Source of the DNA: an uncultured virus (IMG/VR IMGVR_UViG_3300010945_000722)
Taxonomy: Duplodnaviria; Heunggongvirae; Uroviricota; Caudoviricetes
Virus record (IMG/VR): IMGVR_UViG_3300010945_000722
Coordinates: 62,001 to 92,946 of that record
Strand: one strand, 5' to 3'
DNA length: 30,946 bases
Shown here: in pieces, positions 1 to 8,745 of the stretch
Position numbering within the stretch: the first letter of the stretch is position 1
Layout: every line of letters begins with the position of its first letter
Position numbers and translations under genes: made by a program
The notes under the pieces: generated by a model
What the model saw: the letters and a program-made list of their open reading frames with translations, nothing else
The model's database searches: none
What the model was told of the DNA's origin: nothing

Positions 1-179
1 TCAGCAAGAGTATCTATAAGAACCAGGAGAGAATCGTAATACCCATTTAAAGCTTTATGCTCTGCAAAATTAGTAGTTATTAAATGTGTTGTATGAGCTA
101 TATCTCTGGATTGAAATAGTATTCCTATAAATTCTCCGGGAGTACTCTTTTTTTTAAACTCTTCATATAAATTTGCCAT
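1..179 (-). CDS. Ferritin/Dps-like phage protein (DUF5856-like), runs off the left edge
   Basis: Hand translation from ATG at 179: MANLYEEFKKKSTPGEFIGILFQSRDIAHTTHLITTNFAEHKALNGYYDSLLVLIDTLA...; H-x2-HL...AEHKAL...YD...D pattern of small phage ferritin-like proteins. Not in the ORF track. Confidence 0.65.
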   Translation of the reverse strand, partial: MANLYEEFKKKSTPGEFIGILFQSRDIAHTTHLITTNFAEHKALNGYYDSLLVLIDTLA

Positions 180-221
180 GAGGATTTATTTTGATATGCT
201 AATTTACAATTATTTTGTCAA

Positions 222-409
222 TTAATGCACTTCAATTTCCAGATTATCCACTATCATCCACTGACAGTTGGTTTGATTCATGGTGTATCCAAAATCATCC
301 TTTAAAGCTATGAAAAAATCATCTGCATCCTTTTCTGCATAAATATTAGTATCATAGTCAAATACATGCACAGCTCCTGTTTCAAAGTCAAGAATTATTA
401 TTTTTTCAT
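222..409 (-). pseudogene. Small ORF (~62 aa) with an apparent 1-nt frameshift in an A6 run just after the ATG
   Basis: ATG at 409 overlaps the upstream TGA but reads ATG AAA AAA TAA. The -1 frame is open to 222 (IIILDFETGAVHVFDYDTNIYAEKDADDFF...EIEVH*). Confidence 0.5.
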
Positions 410-663
410 TGTTTTCTCTTTTTAAGGTTTTTAATTGCTGCTTCAGCTATAAAATCAATAAAACTTCCTCCTGGATTATCAGTATAAAAATTTGAAGCAC
501 AAACTACTATTTCTAAAGTATCCCCTAAAAGTTCTGTAATTTCAAATTGTGCAGGTAAACCTGGTCCGGTACTATCATCATCTGGTGTTTCAGGTGTATA
601 AAATCCTGTAACTACAATTTCTAAATTATCACTGATGTTGATTGTCGTTGCTACTTTTTTCAT
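406..663 (-). CDS. Hypothetical phage protein
   Basis: 85-aa ORF, tightly packed with neighbours on the coding strand. Confidence 0.7.
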   Translation of the reverse strand: MKKVATTINISDNLEIVVTGFYTPETPDDDSTGPGLPAQFEITELLGDTLEIVVCASNFYTDNPGGSFIDFIAEAAIKNLKKRKQ

Positions 664-973
664 TGCTTTCCTCCTTTATTGTTTTTAAATAATCAGATAA
701 TAAAATGATAGAAGTTTCATCTCTACATTCTCCAAAACACCAACTTAATCCACTTTGTCCTTCCATTCCTAAACTGTCATCATTAACATTAACCCATATT
801 TCTTTAGAAACCATTAAAGAACCACATTTAGAGCAGCACTGATAATCTCCAAGAAGCTGGTCAAATCCAGCTTCTATAAATTTTTTTTCAGTAGGAAAAA
901 CCATAGGATTTTTGTGCAAGTCAATAAGGATTTTTACTGTATCCTGTAAAGCTTCAATTTTACTCTGTGCCAT
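629..973 (-). CDS. Hypothetical protein with Zn-ribbon-like cysteines
   Basis: CSKCG...WCFGEC; likely start MAQSK (973), overlapping the upstream stop. Confidence 0.7.
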   Translation of the reverse strand: MAQSKIEALQDTVKILIDLHKNPMVFPTEKKFIEAGFDQLLGDYQCCSKCGSLMVSKEIWVNVNDDSLGMEGQSGLSWCFGECRDETSIILLSDYLKTIKEESNEKSSNDNQHQ

Positions 974-1868
974 TGTTTTCTTTTTTACGGTGAATAAATG
1001 TGTGTTTGACTCCAAGCTCAGGAATCAATATTTCCATTAACTCTTCTGACACTGCAATACTAATAGCCTGTGTGTCAGAAGTGATATGAAAACCGGATTC
1101 ACCATTCCCAGGTAAGGCTTCCATATACTTTATTTCAGAACCTGGATGCTTGTGCATAAGATATTCAGATACCTGATTAAGCAAAGAAATTTTAGATTCT
1201 AATGAAAAGTCCTGATACTTTTGCATGGCCCTTTCTTCTTGTCTTTTTAACCAAAGACCCATGTTAGCAGGAAATATGCCATCTTCATCAGAATCCCAGA
1301 GATTAAGTTGTTCTCCAAACCAATTTTTACTTTCTTCTTTTTTCATGTCTTCTTCGTATTTTTTGTAAAGTTTACATTCACTACCTTTTATCCAGTTTTT
1401 ATGAGTAGCATCAGGAGTAAGGTAATATTCATAGACTCCATCATCCTCCAATTCATCAGCTCTCACTATTAAATCTGAAAGACCTCTTTTGTTAGTATCT
1501 GCCCATATATTTTTTACAGCACTAAAGTGTTTTGATTGATACCATAAATCTTTAAAATTATGATTTCCATCTATCTCTCCTGTTGTTCCCCAAACAATTA
1601 CATGACCTTTGTGCCCATCTGGTCTGTTTGCTAAAGCTTGTGAGAGTTGTTTAAAGCAGTTAGTCATACTTAAATTGTATTCCTCTGCTTTTGCTTTAGT
1701 CATTGGAAAACCTTCCAAATCATAGACTGTTACCAACTCTTCAGGCTCAGGCTCATCAATAGTACCCTTAACCCAATTGCCACTGCCACAATGGGGACAT
1801 TCTCCCTCTTTATCAGGAGCTGCAAAAAATTGTTCACAGCTCCCACATTGATAGTTTTCTTTACTCAT
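960..1868 (-). CDS. Hypothetical protein with N-terminal Zn ribbon
   Basis: CGSC-x11-CPHCGS at the N-terminus; ATGA overlap with the upstream gene. Confidence 0.8.
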   Translation of the reverse strand: MSKENYQCGSCEQFFAAPDKEGECPHCGSGNWVKGTIDEPEPEELVTVYDLEGFPMTKAKAEEYNLSMTNCFKQLSQALANRPDGHKGHVIVWGTTGEIDGNHNFKDLWYQSKHFSAVKNIWADTNKRGLSDLIVRADELEDDGVYEYYLTPDATHKNWIKGSECKLYKKYEEDMKKEESKNWFGEQLNLWDSDEDGIFPANMGLWLKRQEERAMQKYQDFSLESKISLLNQVSEYLMHKHPGSEIKYMEALPGNGESGFHITSDTQAISIAVSEELMEILIPELGVKHTFIHRKKENNGTE

Positions 1869-2110
1869 AGCAGTTCTCCTTTTTGTACATTAATAAAAGC
1901 CTGTAATTCAGAAATTTTATCATCTTCATCTTTGTCATCATAGCTAAAAATAGTTTCAATTCTAAGATACTGTTCTAATAAAATTTCTTGTATAGCTTTT
2001 TCAGCATCAGTGTAAGTGATAAGCTTTTCATAAGCACCTAATTTATTTTTAGTCATCAGGTCTAATGAGTTGTTCTTTTCTAACAAATCTCTTAATTTAG
2101 CAATACTCAT
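1865..2110 (-). CDS. Hypothetical protein
   Basis: 81-aa ORF in operon-like packing. Confidence 0.7.
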   Translation of the reverse strand: MSIAKLRDLLEKNNSLDLMTKNKLGAYEKLITYTDAEKAIQEILLEQYLRIETIFSYDDKDEDDKISELQAFINVQKGELL

Positions 2111-2115
2111 GATTT

Positions 2116-2700
2116 TTATTTTAAAAGGTGTACATTAAATTCTTCTTCTTCTTTTCTTAGCGGAAAATCCAGCTCTCCATCAAACTCATCAGGACTGATT
2201 GTTGTTTCAAACTTCTTATTTAAACTTTTTACAAATTCCACTTTGTAATTGTTGTCTTTAATAAGAACTTTTTGTACTTCAGGTCTTTGAGCAAAAAATT
2301 TATTAACGTCTTGCTTAGTGTACATTTTAGAAAACTGACTAACTTTAAAAGTTTCATAAGTTTTGTAATGCTGTTCCGGAAATTTGATAACAACCATGTG
2401 CAGACATCCTTCCTGGACATCATCATACACATAGTCATCCTCATACATTATCTGGTCTTTTATCCAGATTAAAAATTTATTAAAAGTTTTTTGTTTCAAT
2501 TTAGATGAAACATCTACCAAAATGAAAAGGTGTTTTTCAAATCTTACTCCACTTTTAACTGTAATCATGTCTCCTATTCCAAGTCCAACCTTGGTGATAG
2601 TATTTACTTCCAATCCAAATCTGGCTCCATACACATTAATGCATGGAGCCAGATATTTTTTGGTCTTATTAATAACAATTTCTCCAACTTGTATTTTCAC
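2116..2700 (-). CDS. Hypothetical phage protein
   Basis: 194-aa ORF with a GTG start behind an A-rich leader. Confidence 0.8.
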   Translation of the reverse strand: MKIQVGEIVINKTKKYLAPCINVYGARFGLEVNTITKVGLGIGDMITVKSGVRFEKHLFILVDVSSKLKQKTFNKFLIWIKDQIMYEDDYVYDDVQEGCLHMVVIKFPEQHYKTYETFKVSQFSKMYTKQDVNKFFAQRPEVQKVLIKDNNYKVEFVKSLNKKFETTISPDEFDGELDFPLRKEEEEFNVHLLK

Positions 2701-2726
2701 TGGTTTTGTTTTTAGGTATTAAAAAA

Positions 2727-3176
2727 TCAACTTCCTCTGGAATTTCTTCTGTTAGCTGCTCTTGGATTGGCTGCAGAAAGTGCTTCAGCTTCTTCTCTCA
2801 TGATTCTATCTTCTTCAGTTTCAAATTCTTCTCTTAAATCATCATCATGAAGATTTCTTTCATCATCATCAGCTTCTTCTAAATTGGGAAGAGGTTCTCC
2901 ATCAGTGTCAAAAACTATCTTTGCAGATTTTCTCTGATTCATTCTTTCAAACTCTTCATCAGCTTTCCTGATAGCATCATCCAAAACACCAGTTGAAGCT
3001 GCAGTAGATGGATTAGGAGCTTTCCATCCATTCTTTACAGCTTCAGCCATCATAGCTCTTCCTATGGTATAAGATCTTTCAGCAAGAACTTCAGGTTCCA
3101 TTTGCTTTTTTAATACCATTACTTCCAGCATTACTCCAGGGAGAGATGCCGCTGCAAAATCATGTATGTCTTTCAT
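2727..3176 (-). CDS. Hypothetical protein with acidic C-terminal half
   Basis: 149-aa ORF; D/E-rich region EEADDDER...EEFETEEDR. Confidence 0.8.
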   Translation of the reverse strand: MKDIHDFAAASLPGVMLEVMVLKKQMEPEVLAERSYTIGRAMMAEAVKNGWKAPNPSTAASTGVLDDAIRKADEEFERMNQRKSAKIVFDTDGEPLPNLEEADDDERNLHDDDLREEFETEEDRIMREEAEALSAANPRAANRRNSRGS

Positions 3177-3182
3177 GGCATT

Positions 3183-4340
3183 TTATTTTACAAATAACAA
3201 CTCATCATAACTCATGATAAATTGATTTTGGTTTTCAATAATAATTCTGTCAGTTTCAAAACCATTTTCCAAATGCCACTCATACAAATCTAAAGCTTGA
3301 TTTACTCCAAGTACCTCTTTAACAACAGGAACAGAGTAAACAAGATGTTCTTTATCTACTGCATCAGTAACATCTGTATAACCTTCAGGTTTGAAGTGCT
3401 CGTACATTTTAGGTCTGCCATGTGTGGCAAAACTCAGCATATCAGGGCTACAAGTGAAAACACAAGGTTGTCCTTGTGCATCTCTTTCTGTAGTTTCTAC
3501 CATAAATTTAAATGGTAAAACTGTGTACCCAAGTCTAAGATAAGTTTCTTTAAATCCAATGGTGTACCAGGCAGCCTGAAAATCATACCTATAATTTTTC
3601 ACATCCCAAAGGAAATTAACTGCAGCATTTCTGGTAGTTTTTAAGTCAAAAGGTTGTACAGTTTTTGCATTGTGATTGACAATATACCAATCCGGTAACA
3701 TCTTACAGGAGTGGCCTCTGAAAGTGAAGTAAATTGGCTCTTGAAATTTTAATTCAACACCTTCAGATAATTCAAAAAACTCTCTTGTGACAGGGTGGCT
3801 AGTAAGACTCTTGTAAACTGCAAAAATGATTTCATTTTCTTCAGGAGTAAGTATTTGTTTCCCAGCACTTTCAATTAACTCTTTCCAGTAGTAAAAGCCT
3901 TCTTTTACAATAGAAGCAGGTCTGGTATCTTGTTCCCAGTTGTCTTTTCTTCTGTTCATAAAATACTGATGCAATTCACAACTGTCATAGATAAGTTGAA
4001 TGTGGTCAGAAAGTTGTGGAGCTTCTTCTAACAAAGCTTCTAAACTGCCATATTTTATTTTGGCATTTTCCAATGTCTGTTGTACAATAGACATAATGGC
4101 TGCAGAAGGTTTGTTAACAGAAGCTGCATAGTATTTTTGATGAAAATACTCTTCTCCCATTGTAATTAATGTGTCTACACCATTTCCGTATATGATATGA
4201 GATTTCTCTTCATAAAACAAATCAGTGTTGTCTTGCTGTTGCTGTGCCTTAAAAGCTTTTACTCCACCTTTAAGCAAAGCCTTTAAAAGACTTTGGTTTA
4301 ATCCGGGATGTTCCCGGTAATCTTGTATTCTCGATTCCAT
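3183..4340 (-). CDS. PD-(D/E)XK exonuclease (RecE/exonuclease VIII-like)
   Basis: KMLPDW...FDLKTT and YRYDFQAAWY motifs; N-terminal LNQSLLK. Confidence 0.85.
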   Translation of the reverse strand: MESRIQDYREHPGLNQSLLKALLKGGVKAFKAQQQQDNTDLFYEEKSHIIYGNGVDTLITMGEEYFHQKYYAASVNKPSAAIMSIVQQTLENAKIKYGSLEALLEEAPQLSDHIQLIYDSCELHQYFMNRRKDNWEQDTRPASIVKEGFYYWKELIESAGKQILTPEENEIIFAVYKSLTSHPVTREFFELSEGVELKFQEPIYFTFRGHSCKMLPDWYIVNHNAKTVQPFDLKTTRNAAVNFLWDVKNYRYDFQAAWYTIGFKETYLRLGYTVLPFKFMVETTERDAQGQPCVFTCSPDMLSFATHGRPKMYEHFKPEGYTDVTDAVDKEHLVYSVPVVKEVLGVNQALDLYEWHLENGFETDRIIIENQNQFIMSYDELLFVK

Positions 4341-4342
4341 AT

Positions 4343-4765
4343 TTATTTTTTTGGGTATGCTGTTTTAAATAATTTCATAAAATCATTAAGAGTCATGGTA
4401 ACAATTGTGTCAAACTCTGTTCTTTTTCCTTTTGCAGGTTTTTTATGCACCACTATTTTTGGGTAGTGGTGCTGTGGTTCAGTTTCTGGCAATCTTGCAT
4501 TCATTTCATCTTTCATCATCTTTAACTCTGATACAGGTTTCATATTTTTCTGTTCTCCTACTTTAGATTGCACATTGAGTGGAATAAAATTCAGATCAAT
4601 TTTACAATTGTCAAGTATTCTGGAAGAGTTTCTGGTAGTAGTACACTTTTCAAAAGGAGTTTCTGTTTTGAATAAAAGAGCTAATTCTCTTTCCCCATTG
4701 TGTCCTTTTGTTCTGCTGGTTTTTCCATGATGAGTTTTTTTATTTTCTACATCAGAAGGTAACAT
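4343..4765 (-). CDS. Putative Holliday junction resolvase (PD-(D/E)XK)
   Basis: SRTKGHNGERELA...KIDL...NVQSK; likely start MLPSD at 4765 (ORF track starts at 4840). Confidence 0.7.
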   Translation of the reverse strand: MLPSDVENKKTHHGKTSRTKGHNGERELALLFKTETPFEKCTTTRNSSRILDNCKIDLNFIPLNVQSKVGEQKNMKPVSELKMMKDEMNARLPETEPQHHYPKIVVHKKPAKGKRTEFDTIVTMTLNDFMKLFKTAYPKK

Positions 4766-5459
4766 TGCGGTTTCCTGTGTTTTGTGACGTGTGCTGCTCA
4801 ACTGCTTGGTTTTGGTTTGAAGGGATAATTTGGGTGTCATATAAAAGATTGTTTAGTGATTTAAGATACTGTTTCATTTCATCAACAGTATCAAAGGTAG
4901 GATATTCATAGGACCTTTTATACACCTGTGCCCGGATATCAGTAGTGTACAGCAGGGTTACTTTTGCTTCAGTACATTGTTTTATGTACTGATTAAACAT
5001 ACTTCTGAGTCCAACATGTCCCTTATCCTGATATCTATAATCTATCATAAGACAGATTTTACTATAATCAGGATTATTCCAGTCCATTTCAAACAAATAC
5101 TTTCTGTCAATAGTAAGCATAAGCAAAGGGTAGTAATCTCTTATATCAGAAAAGTATACCATACCTTTTCTGATATAATAATTAAAAGGTCTTCTGCCAC
5201 CAAAACAAACCATTCTCATGTCCAGTAAAAAAGACTTTAAATATTCTTCTTTATTACTTGAATGTGCAGCTCTTGCTCCTTTTTCTACTTCATTGTATAA
5301 CAACACTTTTTTTCTTGTCAAACCTTGTACTTTTGTAACTACAGTTCCTTCAAATCCAGCATGGATAGGAACATAGGCATTAGCTACACTATCAGCAATT
5401 TCAAGCTTTTTTGCATCACTGCCTACATTATGCAGTCTCTTTTCCTTTGTGAGTATCAT
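4752..5459 (-). CDS. Hypothetical protein directly downstream of and overlapping the E1/ThiF gene
   Basis: ~235-aa ORF; first ATG at 5459 lies within the 3' end of the ThiF gene. Confidence 0.8.
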   Translation of the reverse strand: MILTKEKRLHNVGSDAKKLEIADSVANAYVPIHAGFEGTVVTKVQGLTRKKVLLYNEVEKGARAAHSSNKEEYLKSFLLDMRMVCFGGRRPFNYYIRKGMVYFSDIRDYYPLLMLTIDRKYLFEMDWNNPDYSKICLMIDYRYQDKGHVGLRSMFNQYIKQCTEAKVTLLYTTDIRAQVYKRSYEYPTFDTVDEMKQYLKSLNNLLYDTQIIPSNQNQAVEQHTSQNTGNRNVTF

Positions 5460-6171
5460 AAGAAGGTGGTTCAATGGTGACTAAATCCAGAGGGATAAAA
5501 TAACTCCAGTAAAATGGTACTTCCCGGATATCCTCCTGCTCTCTTACATTTGTAAGATGATTAGTGAAAAAAGCTGTCATGTGTGATCCAATCATGGCTG
5601 CAGAGTGTGAAGTTTGTTTCATAGTACAAGCTTCAGGTTCTACTTCAGAACTTGAAAACAAGTGTTTTTCATACTGCTCCACATTATCAGTTTTTACACA
5701 AAAAATCTGCATCTGTTCAGCTCTCAGTCTGCCATCAATAAAAATTGGATTGATTCCCTGAGCTGTCCAATAAGGAATTTTTTCTTTCCATTTAGTGAAC
5801 ATCAGTTTTCTGGCTTCCATATTATCAAAGCAAGAAAAAGAGTAGTAATGTGCCATAGATTTTTCATTGTAAGGATTGTGAAAAGGCATTACTGGTATTT
5901 GTGCAAGAAACTGTACCACACTATTAAGAGCATGCACTTTAGCTTCTCCTATGTGTGTACCACCATACAGTTGTCCACCTGTATTATGAGTTTCTACAGT
6001 ATCCATGTCAAATACCAGGCACTCAAAATTAGCTCTTGACAAAAATAAAGTCAACCAACTGCCTATTCCTCCTGCTCCTCCAACTAATGCACTTCTTGTT
6101 TTTACTTCAAACCAGGGAGCCCCTTTAAATCTCCCAAAGTGTTCCGGTGTTTTATCAATTTGTTCTTCCAT
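5428..6171 (-). CDS. E1-like / ThiF-MoeB family adenylyltransferase
   Basis: VGGAGGIGS nucleotide-binding loop, DMDTVETHNTGGQLY, K, FDNMEAR and DGRL; candidate thioester Cys in EACTMK (5626-5628); no CxxC zinc pairs. Confidence 0.92.
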   Translation of the reverse strand: MEEQIDKTPEHFGRFKGAPWFEVKTRSALVGGAGGIGSWLTLFLSRANFECLVFDMDTVETHNTGGQLYGGTHIGEAKVHALNSVVQFLAQIPVMPFHNPYNEKSMAHYYSFSCFDNMEARKLMFTKWKEKIPYWTAQGINPIFIDGRLRAEQMQIFCVKTDNVEQYEKHLFSSSEVEPEACTMKQTSHSAAMIGSHMTAFFTNHLTNVREQEDIREVPFYWSYFIPLDLVTIEPPSYDTHKGKETA

Positions 6172-7550
6172 TAGTTGTATTTTTTCTTGTTTTCAATTCT
6201 TTTTCTCTCTTTTTTTGATAAAAACTTATTGTCAGATTGATGCACAATAGGTACTATAAATTGTGACTCTTTTTCTACTGCTTTTTTCATGTTAACCTCA
6301 AAAGATTTCATGTAGGGAATAACAGAAGATAAAAATCTGAACTTGATTTCATGCTCTTCCATAAGAACAATAACTTCAGATAAAGTATCTAAGAAACTGT
6401 CCATATCATGTTGTTCTCCGGAGTAGTATTTATCATATATAGCATTGTAATTTTCTACAATACTTTTGCCGATTTGCATACTTTTCCACTCTGATGTTTC
6501 TATATCTTCAAAAGCCTGGTATAAAGTGTCCCCTTTAACAAAAGTACCAAATCTAAGTAACAGCATAAGAAAACCTATTTCACTTTTGCTATGAGATTTG
6601 GTAGGGTGTTCATCATTTAAACTTGCAAAAATATTTGTTGCCGTAAAACCTGTGCTTTTCTGTCCTCCATATACAGCAGAAGAATTTGGCCAGGATGGAT
6701 CATCATCATAATCTTCTGCACCCAAGCCACCCCTTCCATGTAAAGCAGGATAAGTAGGATAAGTGGGATGAGTAGGATAAGTACGAGAAGTGGGGGATTT
6801 AAATGGGTTATTTTTAACATCACTTTCTTTCTTTTTAGCAGTCAGAGTTTCAGCAGCTTTTTGTATGATACCTTTGACTCTACCCATAAATGTTTCAGGA
6901 ACAATAATGTCTTCTTTTTCTGTAGTAATTTTGCAATCATACAAAAGCATTTTTTCCTTTTTATAGGTAATGGTAGTAGTATTTAAATCATAAGGATTTC
7001 CCAATTCATTTTTTGCAGTGTAAAGAACATCTGCACTAAAATCTACTGTAGCATAAATGGCAATTTTACAACAAAAGTCCATAAAATTGTTTACTATAAG
7101 AGATAAATAGTAAAAATGATTTTCACAATTGTCTGCCAATTCCTGGCTATCTGTTCCAGAGAAAAATACAGCCATTGTATTATGAGAATGGATGTGTCCG
7201 ATTAAAACTTTTCCATTCTGATAATCTTCTTCTAAAGTAGGCTGAGTATCTATTACCTCATCAAAATACTTTAGCAATTCTTCAAAATTGTTATAAGAAG
7301 TAAAAGCTTGTGTACCCTTATCTAAAGGGATAATATCTCTTAAAACAATGTGAAAGTTTTCTATATCTGCTATAGTACCAATAGGTTCATATAACAAAAT
7401 ACCTGACCATTCTTCTTTAGGAATGGATTTACAAAGATACTTAACTTTGTCTTTAAAACTTTCCGGCATTTTAACTTCAATAACAGGCTTCAATTGCACT
7501 GTATCTAGAGATTTTTTCGGTAAGGTCTTGTTGTAATTTAGATTTGACAT
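6171..7550 (-). CDS. JAB/MPN+ (JAMM) metalloprotease with long C-terminal extension
   Basis: EEWSG catalytic Glu and GHIHSHNTMAVFFSGTD, matching the E...HSH-x7-S-x2-D JAMM motif. Confidence 0.9.
   Translation of the reverse strand: MSNLNYNKTLPKKSLDTVQLKPVIEVKMPESFKDKVKYLCKSIPKEEWSGILLYEPIGTIADIENFHIVLRDIIPLDKGTQAFTSYNNFEELLKYFDEVIDTQPTLEEDYQNGKVLIGHIHSHNTMAVFFSGTDSQELADNCENHFYYLSLIVNNFMDFCCKIAIYATVDFSADVLYTAKNELGNPYDLNTTTITYKKEKMLLYDCKITTEKEDIIVPETFMGRVKGIIQKAAETLTAKKKESDVKNNPFKSPTSRTYPTHPTYPTYPALHGRGGLGAEDYDDDPSWPNSSAVYGGQKSTGFTATNIFASLNDEHPTKSHSKSEIGFLMLLLRFGTFVKGDTLYQAFEDIETSEWKSMQIGKSIVENYNAIYDKYYSGEQHDMDSFLDTLSEVIVLMEEHEIKFRFLSSVIPYMKSFEVNMKKAVEKESQFIVPIVHQSDNKFLSKKERKRIENKKKYN
6747..6782 (-). 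repeat. In-frame 9-bp tandem repeat x4 encoding TYP-THP-TYP-TYP
   Basis: aggataagt aggataagt gggatgagt aggataagt on the + strand. Confidence 0.85.
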
Positions 7551-8673
7551 AATTTTTTATTTGTGGGTGTAGGAAAAATTGTAAGTTTTCTGTGTTTGAA
7601 TCTTGTCTGTGAATAACAAAAGGAACTAGTTGTTTTCTAAACACAAGTTTATTGTTTAAATGATCAGTTGTAACTCTTACACTTCTTGATGAAGTAGATG
7701 TAGAAAAAGAGCAGGTATTATTAGAAGAATCTTTAACACAAGCAACACTCCCTGTTACATTGCAAATGTTGTTGTAATCTGAAATATTATTGGAAAATTT
7801 CACAAACTCTTCTAATTGATTATCATCTGCTATAAGAAAAGAGCCTGAAGTTTCGTCATAAACTATCTTAACTTCTTTTTTAGGTTCCCAAGCTTGCATA
7901 GCAGGTTTTAACATGTTTTCATAATACCTTACACAAGTATTGTAATCTACAGAAATTAAGCTATGTCTTGCTGCCACTCTATTCATTGCTATAAAAGGTT
8001 TACCTTCTGTAGACTCCCATTTTACCATAGTTTGAATGTGAAACAATAATAATTGAAAGATATCACAATCAAAATTATTTTGTAGTTCTACAAGTAAGTC
8101 GAGTATCTCTCCATTACCAAGACAAAAACTTTTCCAAATACACTTATCATTAGAATGACTATATGGAAAAGAATTAAAATCGTCAATTAAATAAGACCCT
8201 CTTAAGTGGCTTTGAAGATATCCGGAACTGATTTCCTCAGGTGTTGCTGTCATTCTGGTTCCAGATATGTTTTCCAGTTTAAACTTTTTAGTTACAAAAT
8301 CAAAAGTGATGTCTATGCTAACATATAAATCCCTTATAATATGTGTGTGTTTTGCAGTATTAGTAATAGTAAACTCTTTAAAGTGTAAGATAGGACAAAA
8401 CACTACATCCCACACAGAAGTTGTTTCCTGGTAAGGGTAATTTATCCAGTTGTATTTTGTGACAGTTCTACTTTTTTCTTCTAAAATTTTAATATGTAAG
8501 TCACAATCATCTCCAAAACATGCTTCTAAACACTCTTTAACTTCTGAGAGCATTTTCTCCCACTGTTCATAGAGTACCCCTTCCTGCACTTTTATTGCAA
8601 TCCAATCAGGATCTGTTGCAACTCCCTGCATATTGAGGTCTATGTTGTACTGTAATAATCCTTGTCCTGTCAT
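7477..8673 (-). CDS. Putative prokaryotic E2-like (UBC-fold) protein
   Basis: YLQSHL...KSFCLGNG resembles the E2 H-P-[NH]...[IVF]-C-L signature; lies between Ubl-like and JAB genes; likely start MTGQG at 8673. Confidence 0.5.
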   Translation of the reverse strand: MTGQGLLQYNIDLNMQGVATDPDWIAIKVQEGVLYEQWEKMLSEVKECLEACFGDDCDLHIKILEEKSRTVTKYNWINYPYQETTSVWDVVFCPILHFKEFTITNTAKHTHIIRDLYVSIDITFDFVTKKFKLENISGTRMTATPEEISSGYLQSHLRGSYLIDDFNSFPYSHSNDKCIWKSFCLGNGEILDLLVELQNNFDCDIFQLLLFHIQTMVKWESTEGKPFIAMNRVAARHSLISVDYNTCVRYYENMLKPAMQAWEPKKEVKIVYDETSGSFLIADDNQLEEFVKFSNNISDYNNICNVTGSVACVKDSSNNTCSFSTSTSSRSVRVTTDHLNNKLVFRKQLVPFVIHRQDSNTENLQFFLHPQIKNYVKSKLQQDLTEKISRYSAIEACY

Positions 8674-8692
8674 GATAATTGGTTTAAAAATG

Positions 8693-8721
8693 AAAAACAG
8701 TGCACCTAAAAGATGCACTGT
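8693..8721 (-). terminator. Intrinsic terminator between the Ubl-like and E2-like genes
   Basis: Minus strand ACAGTGCATCT-TTT-AGGTGCACTGT followed by TTTT. Confidence 0.75.
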
Positions 8722-8745
8722 CCAAAAATAATAAAAACATGAAAT

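Noticed and set aside
5428..6171. ThiF as a thiamine or molybdopterin biosynthesis gene
   Set aside because: No ThiG, MoaE, cysteine desulfurase or rhodanese nearby; neighbours are JAB and E2-like genes. A sulfur-transfer role is less likely but not excluded.
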